Assembly (NCBI RefSeq): GCF_001194135.2
Contig: NC_068982.1
Coordinates: forward strand, 175,359,934-175,423,933
DNA from: Octopus bimaculoides
Lineage: Eukaryota
Reading direction: 5' to 3'
DNA length: 64,000 nucleotides
A model generated the notes under the pieces. It ran no database searches, had not been told where the DNA came from, and saw nothing but the letters and a program-made list of their open reading frames with translations. The translations under genes and the position numbers were made by a program. Below, one piece after another: positions 25,435 to 37,590 of the stretch; positions within the stretch are counted from its first letter, which is position 1, and each line of letters opens with the position of its first letter.

Positions 25435-26070
25435 ACACACACATTCTTTCATGCTCTCAGGTGAAAGAGGAGGAGGAGATAAGGAAACAAAAGAATGTGA
25501 CAGGTTGTCTATTAGTAATAAAAGACAAGGAAAATGACAAGTAGGATCAAACATGACAGTGCAGGTGTGCATACGTATGAAAGTGAATCCATAGGTTTTA
25601 TGCTTTTCAATACATGAAACACAGGCAGTCTTCTCACACTTTCTTTTGGAGAGAGATAACATGTATACAAACTGAACAAATTCATAGAGATATTGTCGGC
25701 TGCTTTTCATGACTGAGAATTTCAATTCCCTTCTGATTGAGTAGTTTTTCTGTGTTGATTGCAATGATGACCGAGAGGGCCAATCATTGTGCAAAATAGA
25801 TGGGAACAAGATGGCAAAGAAGTGAAGAGAGAGAGCACGTTTTTGTTGCACTTTGCATTCTTTACATTGTTCTAAAACTTTTGTTTTCCTGTGGAGTGAT
25901 GCCAGTTGGAATAGTTCTAGGTTTCATTTTCCCCATGTCTTAATCCCTGCTATTCTGGTTGATCTTAACTGTTTCCTTGTTATGACAGGAAGGACATCTT
26001 TAAGGTCTTTTCCTGGTGGTTAATTCACTGAAGATGAGGAAATCCCACTTCTTTCATTCTAACCACATGT

Positions 26071-26228
26071 CAGTGGCATACCTAGAAGGCTGCCTGGGAT
26101 AGCCCTTGAGTCCCTACCCCCTCCATTTCCCTGGCCCCCCACACTATATATGCTTCTACAGAAAACCCAAAATTGCTACCCCCATAAAAGTGTCGCCTGG
26201 GATGGATTACCCACTTGCTACTGCTATG
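26071..26228. mobile_element. Decayed MITE with CAGTGGC(G/A)TA-type termini (hAT-like)
   Basis: Starts cagtggcatacctag and ends cttgctactgctatg (imperfect inverse), with a GC-rich interior. No clear TSD. Confidence 0.35.
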
Positions 26229-26261
26229 TGTCCTAACCATCAAAGCTGCAGTTTTGCCTGC

Positions 26262-26470
26262 AATTGTTGGACAGTGGTTGCTTCTATGCTTCAGTTGTTG
26301 GTTCTTTTAGCACAGCATTGCTGGTGACATAGTCCTCCCATTTGATTTTTAAGACGGAGAAGAGTTCTTGTTGATGGAATACTACAGCTTTTTGATGTCC
26401 TGACAAAGTGTCTGTCTGATTACTGTATAAAAAAGTGGAGATGACTGAGAGCCCATCAGTTTCATTAGAG
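26262..26470 (-). mobile_element. RTE (BovB-like) LINE C-terminal fragment
   Basis: TDTLSGHQKAVVFHQQELFSVLKIKWEDYVTSNAVLKE resembles ETWTL...LExFHQRCLRxILxIKWQDxVTNxEVL. Confidence 0.55.
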
Positions 26471-26544
26471 ATACACATATATGCATACTAATATATTTAC
26501 AAATAGGAAAACACAAAACATATTACTATATCTATAGATATGGA

Positions 26545-26579
<35 letters not shown>

Positions 26580-26692
26580 CGCAAATGTTATGGTTTTGTG
26601 CCCCGTACTGGCCAAAAGTTTTTTCTACTGGCAGTGCTTTAGCATGGCCACAGTCTTTGTTCTGTATGTGTATGTATATGTATGTATGTATG

Positions 26693-26723
<31 letters not shown>

Positions 26724-27124
26724 CATTATCATATTTATCCAACATGTGTATGTGTGTATAGCTCTTTGTAAATATTCCAAATTCCTGTGTGTGATATATT
26801 TAAGATTCAGTCTTTTTATTCGTTTTATTCACAGACATACTTCATATCACTTATTTATTGAGTCCTTATGCACTCTCAGTAATTAAATATCTTAGATGAA
26901 CTAAAACTGTACTGTCTATATTAAGCTATATTTTTGTCTTTCTTCAGCAATACTGCTTTTCAATTCACATTGAGAATTGACTTTGTCTGAGATAAATTTT
27001 GTCTTTCTATAATTTTTAAGTCAAGCAATTTTGCTGTGAGTGGGAATTTGTGTATTTGGCTTGAGATTACCAGTTGTGTATTGGTAAAGTAATTTCTTAA
27101 TTTCATTCCCCTCACAATCTCACT

Positions 27125-27167
<43 letters not shown>

Positions 27168-27532
27168 NNNNNNNNNNNNNNNNNNNNNNNNNNNNNNNNN
27201 NNNNNNNNNNNNNNNNNNNNNNNNNNNNNNNNNNNNNNNNNNNNNNNNNNNNNNNNNNNNNNNNNNNNNNNNNNNNNNNNNNNNNNNNNNNNNNNNNNNN
27301 NNNNNNNNNNNNNNNNNNNNNNNNNNNNNNNNNNNNNNNNNNNNNNNNNNNNNNNNNNNNNNNNNNNNNNNNNNNNNNNNNNNNNNNNNNNNNNNNNNNN
27401 NNNNNNNNNNNNNNNNNNNNNNNNNNNNNNNNNNNNNNNNNNNNNNNNNNNNNNNNNNNNNNNNNNNNNNNNNNNNNNNNNNNNNNNNNNNNNNNNNNNN
27501 NNNNNNNNNNNNNNNNNNNNNNNNNNNNNNNN
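27168..27532. other. Assembly gap
   Basis: N run adjoining (TA)n. There is also a small gap at 24404-24413. Confidence 1.
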
Positions 27533-28748
27533 TGGCGGACAAAAAACAAGACAGGAAAACAAACAGAAAAGGCTTTATGGCCAGACGAGAAAAATTATGT
27601 GTATGAACGCTATATATATATATATATTTTCTCTTAAAATCTACTCATTTTTGTGTATCTCTTTGGTATCATTCTTTGTATTTCTGCTATTTTTTTACAT
27701 TATCTATTTCCCCCTCTCTATTATAGATCTCTTTCTTTTTCTCCCTCTCCTCTCTTTTCCACTCTCATTCTTTTTCTAATCCGTTTCCAATATTTCATTG
27801 TCTTACTAGCTGCCTGTCACACTCTCTGGTTGGTTATTTCTCATTTCTCCCCATTTCTTTCAGCACAGCTATTACTTACTCTCTCCTTCTACTAATTAAA
27901 TTGTTGGCAAGGGCAGAGTATTTTGTTTTGCATCCATAATAAACTACCAGGGATATCAGACCATAGGTTTGTAACACACGAGAGAAAATCCCTGGCAGAT
28001 CTGTTTCTATAGAATCTATGCTGATGGTCAATGAAAAAAAAAGACAAATTCAAAGTATTAATGGCTTGTTTATGGCCATTTCCATCATCTCTGAAGGCAA
28101 TAGAATGGCAGGGTCAGAATCATTGGGAATGTGATACATCTCTATAGAGAGACTTAAAAGCTGGTTGATATCTGTAGTTCACATTGAAGATAACTTTCTG
28201 AGTAATGAAACATTTAATACCAAGCTTGGTAGCCACATTGGTTTGTGGTAATCACTTAGTAAATTGGGGGAAATTTTGTTGAGTGAATGTAACAGTGTCA
28301 GATTAGAAGTGGCTAGTATAGTGGCTTAATCTACAGGAGTTCTATCCATAATAGTTGGAAAATAGGAGGAATCTGAAAATTTAGTAGAGAATACCTTCTC
28401 AAATGGTCAGGAATTGCTGCAATTTTAGAACTAAAATAGCTAGCAAGCTGTGTGATTTATAAGGTCATCATTTGCTTTCCTGATGGTCTTGAGGGTAACT
28501 TGCAGATGAACTTAACAATTTTAGAAATGTGATACTGAAGTGGAGAAGTGTATCTAATGAGAAGACATTGGTCATCCACTTAGATGTATCACAATTGAAG
28601 TATATTGTTACTAAGGTTAGCAAATATTGAATTAGTAAGACTCTGATTAGTTAGTTGTTTTGGAACACCAGAACTAAACTGAGTTATATGTATTGAGTCA
28701 GTGAGATGGATGACTTCAGGGCGAAACTGTTGAGATAAATATCCTTGA

Positions 28749-28920
28749 CCCTTTAACATTCAGATCACTGTCAAATGTAATGCTTATTTATTCACTTTGT
28801 TTTGAATTAATCATGCATTATCTCATAACTTTGAGATTTCAGTGCCATGGTTGCTTATTTTTTAGAATAAAATTACAGGGTAGGTGTGAGAGGCTGGATT
28901 TTCTCATAAAATGGTAGACT
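28749..28920. mobile_element. Partial piggyBac-like MITE (same family as 38619-38839)
   Basis: ccctttaacattcagat..tgtcaaatgtaatgcttatttattc...gtaggtgtgagaggc. Confidence 0.7.
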
Positions 28921-30075
28921 TTTAAGAGCAGACATACTGTCACTTACAACTGTATATACTTCTATACAGATGATATTTAAGCATACAGGGGTCACAAACA
29001 CAGACATGACAAAGCTGTACTTCTGCTTTCAGCAATAATCAGTTTATGGGCCAGAAAATATTTCATTTTATTTCAATTGTGGACCCACTATAAAATTCAA
29101 GTAGACACACATTTGAATATGGCTCACATATCCAGAATGACATGTTTGCTGCTATGCATGCAAACATCTAAAATCTCATACAAAAAGGTAGTTTAGTTTA
29201 TTGCAATAGATTTCTCCATTACAAGGCTATAAACATGTATATTATTTCTTTCTCTTTACTGTAACTACTGCAAATTCTGCTTCTTTGAACTACCAAGGCA
29301 CATACCATTTCTGTTAAAATACACTGAATGCTCCCCGCACTCAGTGCATCATCTCTAAGTGACTCATAGAAATTTGCACAAATTTCTTTGACCAATCCAC
29401 AGAAATGTACTCCTCTGGTATTCTCTCTCTCTCTTTATTTGCTTTTTCCCTGCAGGCATCTGCCCATAAAACTTCATGCAGAATATCAAGTGCATCAACT
29501 GCACTAGTCTGATATGGTCTGTAAATACCATTGGCAGACATACTTCCTCCTCCACTTTCTCCTCCAACTAGTTTAAAAAACATAAACGTACATTCATACA
29601 CATGCATGCACATATACACCAACATGTGTGTGCACATACACACACAAAATATACATTATAATGTAAGCAGACAGGTCTGTATGCATAGAAATTTTATTTT
29701 GTAACCATGAATTCCTGGATTCGATCCAGTGTATGATACCATGAGTGTCTTCTTCCATAGCCTTGGGTCAATTAAAGCCTTGTGGAATTTGATAGATGGA
29801 TATCAAGCAGAAGCTGTTGTTTGTGTGTGTGTATATGTGTGAGCACACGTACACATACATTACTCACACACATGTACACATACAGATGTAAAAAAAAAAA
29901 GATTTATCTTGAAATACAAATTGACCTGAATGCTGATGAATGTCACAGTATTTTCTTAGATAAGAAAATACTGTGACATGTAAAACTTATATGTGTGTGT
30001 GTATGTGTACACACACACACACACCTAGATATGAATGTTTATTTGCTTATATAAATACTGATATGAATTTATTTG

Positions 30076-30119
<44 letters not shown>

Positions 30120-31956
30120 TATATATAAAGTGAACAACGATTCTATGTACATCAACCTGCTAAAAGGTATCATAATAAATATTTAGTAATGCATGATAAA
30201 AACTCTTGTTTAATGAGAAGGAACTGGGGGAAAAAATATAACTGATGTAATGGGATATTCAGTTAACTGGTTGCAGATTGATGAAATAAGAGAGAGAGAG
30301 AGAGAATGTAATGTGATGAGGTGCTGAGAGGAAGATATTATGGCAGGATCTGATATTTTCAAAGAAATATTCTTTATAACTCACAATGGAGTTTTGTTTA
30401 GCCTGGAGTAGCAGTTTAGCAAACAATATTATCTTCTTTATGAAAATACACTTTGAAATGCCTATAAAGGCAAATGTAAACTGAACTACAAGAGCTAGAT
30501 AATGAAAAAACATTTCTTTTGTAAACAGCCTGAAAGAAGTCCTTATACAATACATTAAAAACAAAACATGAATGTTGATAACATTTGGAAACAGAAAAGA
30601 AAAAAAATAGCAGTGTATTAGATTCATCAAATATTTAAATGTATTTCCTGTAATGAAATGCATGGCATCTGATATGCTTGTGGTAAGGAATGGCCCTTGA
30701 CCATTTCTTCAATGCAAGCATAAATATTGCCATGTCTAAGTAAGAGTTGGGTAGTAGAGTGAATACTTTGTCTGGTTTAACACCATCACCAGGCAACTTC
30801 AGTGACTTTAATGGAATCTACTCTGTTGCATTTCAGGTCAGGTCTCCAGTTTGAGAATGTCATCTTTGCTCTCTCTCTCTCATCTATCTGAGCCCTGTGA
30901 AAGGACACAGACACTACCTTCCTTCCTAAAGTGCTACTAAAAACAGAAAATATGCATGCTCTTAGTTTTCTATTATTATAAGTTAAAAATACAATCAAAA
31001 CTAAGATGGGTTTTAGGATGAGATGCTATACCACTTGGTTATAACTTGAATGTTCAAAGCTGCAATATGCATTTTCAATGTGTTTCTGAATAAAACACTT
31101 TATTCTATTCTCCTACCTGCTATGAATAAGTGACAGATTGCCAGTGAGTATCATCTGTGGTTGACTAGTGTCCTGTTCAGGCTTCAGAATTATATCTTAC
31201 CTTCTTAATGTTATGAGATCAAAGCTAAGTACCAATTGTTAAATGCCTCATGAGCTAAGATGGCATTTATATTTACATAGGAGACTAGAACAAATAGAGT
31301 AAAGGTGCCTCTGATAAAAACTACATTCAGATGGCAATAGTTAGACCAGAACACATGAATAGGTGATCAGTAAACCAGAATGCTAACAATTCAGCTACTT
31401 AAAATACTTTACTTTCACTTTAGCAATTTTTATACAGTTATTATCATCATTATCACAATAACAATGAAAGCCAGACCATTGATACAACCATCCTCATTAT
31501 GATTATATTAATGATGCTTTCTTTACATTGGCATGAGAGTAAAGGCTTGCATGGTGGGAAGCATAATTATTTTAAGTGTATTACTTGTACTTAGGGATGA
31601 AAAGCACTGTTCCCTGTTGGTAGGTCCCACTACATCTTCAACACCATCTCATTCTGACTCTCCCTCTCTCTCTCCCATCTTCCTCCTTTTCCTTGTCCAA
31701 CTTGGGTGGCAAAGTATCTTCTCAATTGTAAAACAACTATCTCTGTCCCTCTATTATACTTTAACCTCTTGCCTGGCACTCAGCCACTTCGCTTGGTTCT
31801 ACTCCCTCCCTCAGCTGAGAGGTCTCTGTCTTGCAAGATGCTTGATGACTGCTGGTACTGGTGCCATGTGAAAAGCACTTGTGCTGGTGTCACATAAAAG
31901 ACACCAAATGATTCTGCTAGCTCACCGCTTTCATAATAACAACAATAATAATAATA

Positions 31957-32168
31957 ATGATAACCCTTTCTACTAAAAGCACAAGGCCTGAAATTTTGGA
32001 GAGGGGTAAGTTGATTACATCAACTCTACTGTTTTACTGATACTTAATTTATCGACCCTGAAAAGTAGTAAAGCCGACTTCAGCAGAATTTGAACTCAGA
32101 ACATAAAGACAGATGAAATGCTGCTATGCATTTTGCTTGACATGCTAATGATTCTGCCAGCTCACCAC
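31957..32168 (-). mobile_element. SINE family A
   Basis: cacaaggcctgaaattttgg...atcgaccctgaaa...gaatttgaactcagaac...gattctgccagctcacc. Confidence 0.9.
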
Positions 32169-32225
32169 CTTATAATATATAATAATAATGATAATGATAA
32201 TAATAATAATGACAATAATAATAAT

Positions 32226-32810
32226 GTGGTGTAGACCCAAAGTGCCAATACTGCAACAATGCAATTGAAACAGTGGACCACCTGATCACTGGATGTAAGG
32301 TTTTAGTACCTGTAGAGTACAAATCAAGACATGACAGAGTTGGCCAATATCTACATTGGATAATGTGTTGGCATTGTAAAATCAAAACTGCTAACAAATG
32401 GTACAAGCATCACCCTGAAGCTGTAACTGAGGGAAAAAAATGTAACTATTCTTGGGATTTCTCAGTATGTACAGACCGAACCATCAAAGCGAATAAACTA
32501 GATATTGTTATGGAAGACCAAAACAATAAAGTCTGTTTATTGATTGACATGAGCATATCCTATGACCATAATGTCTCAGCAAAAGAATCTGATAAGCTCA
32601 GAAAATATAAAGAGTTTCTAATTGAAATCGAAAAGATGTGGCATCTCAAGACGGTTACAATACCAGTGATTGTAGGAGCACTTGGAATGATCAAAAAAAG
32701 GAAGTGAAAATTATTTAAGAATGATCTCTGGCTTACCATCCGTACAGGAAGTGCAAAAGATTGTCTTAACTGGTATGTCACACGTATTGAGAGGAGCATT
32801 GCCATTGTGA
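32226..32810 (+). mobile_element. 5'-truncated RLE-type (R4/Dong-like) non-LTR retrotransposon: CCHC knuckle + PD-(D/E)xK endonuclease
   Basis: KCQYCNNAIETVDHLITGC (C-x2-C-x8-H-x4-C), YKSRHD, KANKLDIV..LLIDMSI, KESDKLRKY, IPVIVGALG. After a frameshift: VQEVQKIVLTGMSHVLRGALPL*. Confidence 0.9.
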
Positions 32811-33165
32811 ATTTTCTTTCCTTTTTCCCCACTTTATATTCTTTGTTTTTTTTTACTTTTTTCTTTTTTCTGTCTTTCTTCCCCTTTTTCTCTATCACAT
32901 GACTTTGTAAATGAACAAGTTGGTGTGTTTATTTTAATGGCCTACCAATGTATACAGTATGTTTTTCTGCCCTAGGTGTCAGAAAGACACTCGACAAGAA
33001 ATGGAACCAGAATTGAAAGATGCTAATGAAAATAATAGACCTCTTTAAAATTATTATATAGAAACTGTTTGTAATTTCCAAGGAAAAATATACCATTATC
33101 AGTTACCATCATCATTAGCCTGCATGTTTTATTTATGTGTATGTATACATACATGTACATGTATA

Positions 33166-33337
33166 NNNNNNNNNNNNNNNNNNNNNNNNNNNNNNNNNNN
33201 NNNNNNNNNNNNNNNNNNNNNNNNNNNNNNNNNNNNNNNNNNNNNNNNNNNNNNNNNNNNNNNNNNNNNNNNNNNNNNNNNNNNNNNNNNNNNNNNNNNN
33301 NNNNNNNNNNNNNNNNNNNNNNNNNNNNNNNNNNNNN
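33166..33337. other. Assembly gap
   Basis: N run. Confidence 1.
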
Positions 33338-33530
33338 AAATATTTCTCCAACCTTACCATTGCTCGCTTTATCTTTTTATTTTTATATATTTATATATAC
33401 ACACGCTAATATACAACTTATAATCCCCAATCCTGTTCATACAACGACTGGGGCAAACTAATCGGTATACAGCACTTACTCGGTATTACCTGTATCCTCT
33501 TGGGTTTGGTTAAATCCAATTCCCTCCTCA

Positions 33531-33567
<37 letters not shown>

Positions 33568-33661
33568 TTAGGGAAAATAACCAATTATATATATATATAT
33601 ATATATATATAAGTGTACAAACAAGTATTTATACATGAAAGAGGTGACCTTTGACAGGTAT

Positions 33662-33692
<31 letters not shown>

Positions 33693-34202
33693 AGTATTGG
33701 TTTAAGTTGGAATGGTTGCTAAATAGTAAACTTGAATGCATCTAAATCTTCTGTCATTTTTTTTTCGTAATGGTCAATCATTATAAACTGGATCATTATA
33801 AGACTTCCGTAATATGTTTCCTATTTAAATAGAAGCATTATCTATTGTCATTTATAGAAACATTTTCACCTAAGCATTGAGGGAAAGATAGATTTATGAT
33901 TCATTGGTAGGAATAAAAAAAAAAAAACAAAAAGAAAACTTATCAAAAACATAAAATGATGCTGATGAAAAGAAGGAGGAAAATGATGAGAGTAATGTTG
34001 AGGCTGGAATTTCTGTCAACTTCACATAATTGGGCTACCCAAATGTAGAAGCTGGTGACAATAATACCAACTTTACTCAATACATAAATGGCTTACAGCT
34101 GTTATCTTCTATCTGCCAATGTATAATAATGAGAGATGTTGAGAATAATATTAAAATTACTATATATATATATATACATGCATACATATATCACACAAGC
34201 AC

Positions 34203-34265
<63 letters not shown>

Positions 34266-34484
34266 TTGCTTACCACTTAATAATTTCAGGAGTTAATTAC
34301 ATTAAATTAAGTGTTGAGAAGAAAAAAAAAGAAAAACCTCTAGAGCTCTTAACCTTGATATTCAGTCTGCGCAGGGAAATCTTGAGCCATTATCTTCATA
34401 ATAAAATTTTGGCAATCAATAAGAACCTTGTTGATAAGAGTGTGATATTGGAAGCAGAAACTTAGATTCACCGCATATATATAT

Positions 34485-34673
34485 GGGAGAATATACGAAA
34501 AAACAACAACAGACGAGGACAGGTGGTGTAAATAACAAAAGGATGTATTAGTATGACGCTCGGGAATACGGAAAGTCTTTGACGTTTCGAGCTACGCTCT
34601 TCAACAGAAAGAATACGGAGACAAGGAGAAAAACACAGAGAAAAAAAATTGAATTGTGTTCAGTCAACGGTCA

Positions 34674-34676
<3 letters not shown>
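34485..34676 (-). mobile_element. Penelope-like element pseudo-LTR, flanked by (TA)n
   Basis: CpG-retaining ~190-bp cassette between TA runs. It carries a hammerhead motif and has a homolog at 9339-9533. Confidence 0.7.
34576..34612 (-). ncRNA. Minimal type I hammerhead ribozyme (PLE-type), variant core
   Basis: Minus strand UCUUU CUGUUGA A GAGC GUA GCUC GAAA CGUC AAAGA: stem I UCUUU/AAAGA, stem II GAGC/GCUC, palindromic ACGU stem III and a GUC cleavage triplet. Confidence 0.65.
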
Positions 34677-34716
<40 letters not shown>

Positions 34717-34789
34717 TGTGTGTGTGGTATGTGTGTGTTCGTGCATGTGATTTGGAAAAAGTGACAGGAAGTGTATAGCAAAATTGTTT

Positions 34790-35175
34790 ATCCTCTTTAA
34801 GCACACCTACATCTAACCATCCTCCTGCTGAAACTCACACTCCTTTGCAACTTCTGAATCTTACTTTCTGACTCCACAACTGCTCCAGTCTTCCTGCACC
34901 AGTTCTCCCCACTGTCAAGAAAGGTAGGAAACTTGGTAACTTCCTTGTTAGAAACTTCATAGTGCCCAGCCATACACAACCTGACACTTTTAAATGCACT
35001 TGTCAGCAATGCAATACCTGTCCCTATATTAACATTACATCCATCACCGGGTCTATGTCACAGTACCACATCGTCTAAAACATCTCCTGCATACTATCCA
35101 AACTCGTACACTGCATCATCTGCAAACTTTGTGGTACACTTTACAATAGAGAAACAGGCTGTGACCTTGTCAATT
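34790..35175 (+). mobile_element. Penelope-like element GIY-YIG endonuclease fragment
   Basis: CTCQQCNTCPYINITSITGSMSQYHIV*NISCILSKLVHCIICKLCGTLYNRETGCDL matches the PLE C..TC ... C.S.NLVYCI.C..C..LY.GETG layout, with an in-frame stop. Confidence 0.8.
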
Positions 35176-35239
35176 ACTTTTGCAAATACACTTGAAGGAT
35201 ATTACAATGTATTTCAGTCCCAAGTTGTCAACATGTATT

Positions 35240-35625
35240 TCAACACAAGCCATTCCATCAACATTTTTGGTGCTTGCTTTCCATCCTAGCATGGCTTGGC
35301 TGGTTAGATCTAACAAGTTTTGCTCCAATATCTCAGTTTTAGCATGAGTTCTATGGCTGGATGCCTTTCTTATTGCCAACCACTTTATGAGGTATACTGT
35401 GTGCATCAAAGCTAGTGAAGTTTCCTTTGTAAGTTGCAATACTGAAGAGCACTCTGCTCACACACCTTTACTTAAGAGAGAGAATAGTGATACAGAGGTT
35501 ACTTTATGTAAGGTGTTGAGAGATTCATGTATGATGGGAAGAGCAAGGACAGGCTTATTGTGAGAGAGCTTCATGGCTACTTTGCACTTATCAGCATGCT
35601 GTGTCTTTACACATCCTGGAAACAG
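35240..35625 (-). mobile_element. RTE-tail SINE family C, diverged
   Basis: ttccatcctagcatgg...ggctggatgcctttcttattgccaaccact. Confidence 0.6.
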
Positions 35626-35750
35626 AAGAAATATTTTGTATTCAAATCATAGCACCAACGGGTTTAAATGGACATTCTTTTTGATATTCCATCACCCCTT
35701 CTAAGTTTAGTAACTCCACTTTAATTTTATCAACTCCTCTCTCACCATAA

Positions 35751-35981
35751 CCCTTTAGAATTTAAACTATTCTGCCAAATGTAATGTTTAATGTAAAGCT
35801 TAATGTAATGTTTAATGTAAAGCTTAATCATTCATATTGTTTGGAATTAATCAAGATTTTGATGCGTGTTTATTTTTAGAATGACATTGTAGGGTAGGTA
35901 TGAGAAGTAGGATCTAGCCAGTTTGAACATACAAGTGACAGAATATTTTGGCTGGATATGGCCTATTTAACTGCTAAAGGA
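35751..35981. mobile_element. piggyBac-like MITE copy with internal 24-bp tandem duplication
   Basis: (a)taa-ccctttag ... ctaaagga-ttaa termini. aatgtaatgtttaatgtaaagctt occurs twice. Confidence 0.7.
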
Positions 35982-37490
35982 TTAATCTTCATCTTTGTCT
36001 CACTCTCACTGGTTTCTTTTCCTCTTTACATTTCTCTTTTCTTCTCCTTTTCTCATCTTGTTTCTCCTACCACTTCCTGTCTATGTAAGCATGCTTATGT
36101 TATCTTGTATTTCTCATTAGTTGTAGCCAGTCACTCAAAAACAGAGGATAGAAAACTTTACTGCCTTTTCTTTTTTTTCTACCTGTCATCTTAACTCTGA
36201 AGAATGTCTCAAATATTGGATACTCCACTCCCCATGGCAATTTTCCTATACTTTTTCTATTACTTTTTCCAAATAATAAAAGTTTTGCTGATGTAGACAA
36301 CTACCAGTCTCCTTGGATTCTGTTTTATCCTATATGTATGTATATGTAAAGTGGTATAGTTTATATTACATGAAACAAACTAGAATTAAAAGTTGTTTGA
36401 AAAAGCTATTACAATGTAAGTTGGAAATAAAATTATGAAATGAAAAGCAAAACGATGACAAAGGGTTTACACTTCCCCCATAATATTTTGGCTTAAAATT
36501 CTCTTATCAAGAGAAAATGGAAACTGAGGTTACCTGTGCAACTAAGTTGCAAAATGCATAGATTAGTAGTGGTATGTATGTATGTATGTATGTATGTATG
36601 TTATAGACAAGAGCCCTGTGGGTAAGGGTAGGTGATATCTCATCAAAAATATGACATTTAAGTTCACAAGAATCATAAACACATTATATATCATTACAAT
36701 TTCCCACATGAAATAAAACACGAGTTCCTGTGAGATAGAAGATAATCATTATGGAAAGAATTAAAAATAGAAAACAGTAATAAGCTAGGTTAGAACCATT
36801 CACAACTTCTACTACACTAAGAGATTTCTTTTTTGATAACTTCAAACTTGGAATCACAAGCATGAAATCAAATATTGTATGTAACACATTTAATTCAACA
36901 TTCTTCTGCTGGGCATCTTCATTGTCATATAATTACAAGATATGAATGATAATTAACCCTAGCAGCATTTGAAATTTAAATGTAATTGTTCAAAACCTAA
37001 ATACAGTAACATATTTGCCCTTACACTTCATCATTTATTTTACTATCTTCTCTGATAATCTGTCTCTTCATTAAAATTTCTTTGTCTGTTCATGTTTTGC
37101 AAAGAAAGCAACATCAATCACCAATCACATCACAATAGGAGCTAATACCATTTTCATACCACACAAGATTGTATTCTTATATATTTCTATATGTATCAAT
37201 ACTTTTGACCTTCATGTGTTTGGTGTGTATGTTTGGATACCCACCACCATGCACATGTTTAAAGAGATGCACATCTAACATGTACATTACGTGCTTTATG
37301 CTGCAATACATGTTGTAGTCAGATGTATTCATATATAAACAAAGATGCATACATATAATTACATTCTTTCTTTCTCTCTCTTTCTTACACTTATACAAAC
37401 ATATATAGTTACATAATCATCTCACATACTCAAAACAGTTTGCCTTCTCATTTCTTTCATTCACATTCTTTTATTTATTCTGTTTTTACA

Positions 37491-37590
37491 GGTTTCAGTC
37501 ATTAGACTGTGGTCATGGTGGGACACCACTAACAAGGTTTCTGTCATTAGACTGTGGTCATGGTGGGACACCACTAACAAGGTTTCTGTC
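37491..37590. repeat. 45-bp tandem duplication (2.2 copies) in a SINE remnant
   Basis: ggtttc(a/t)gtcattagactgtggtcatggtgggacaccactaacaa repeated. Confidence 0.95.

Noticed and set aside
26960-27562. Long ORFs spanning N runs (also 7490-7747 and 33124-33461)
   Set aside because: Artefacts of assembly gaps.
37491-37590. Short direct repeats as a CRISPR-like array
   Set aside because: No unique spacers; simple tandem duplication in eukaryotic DNA.
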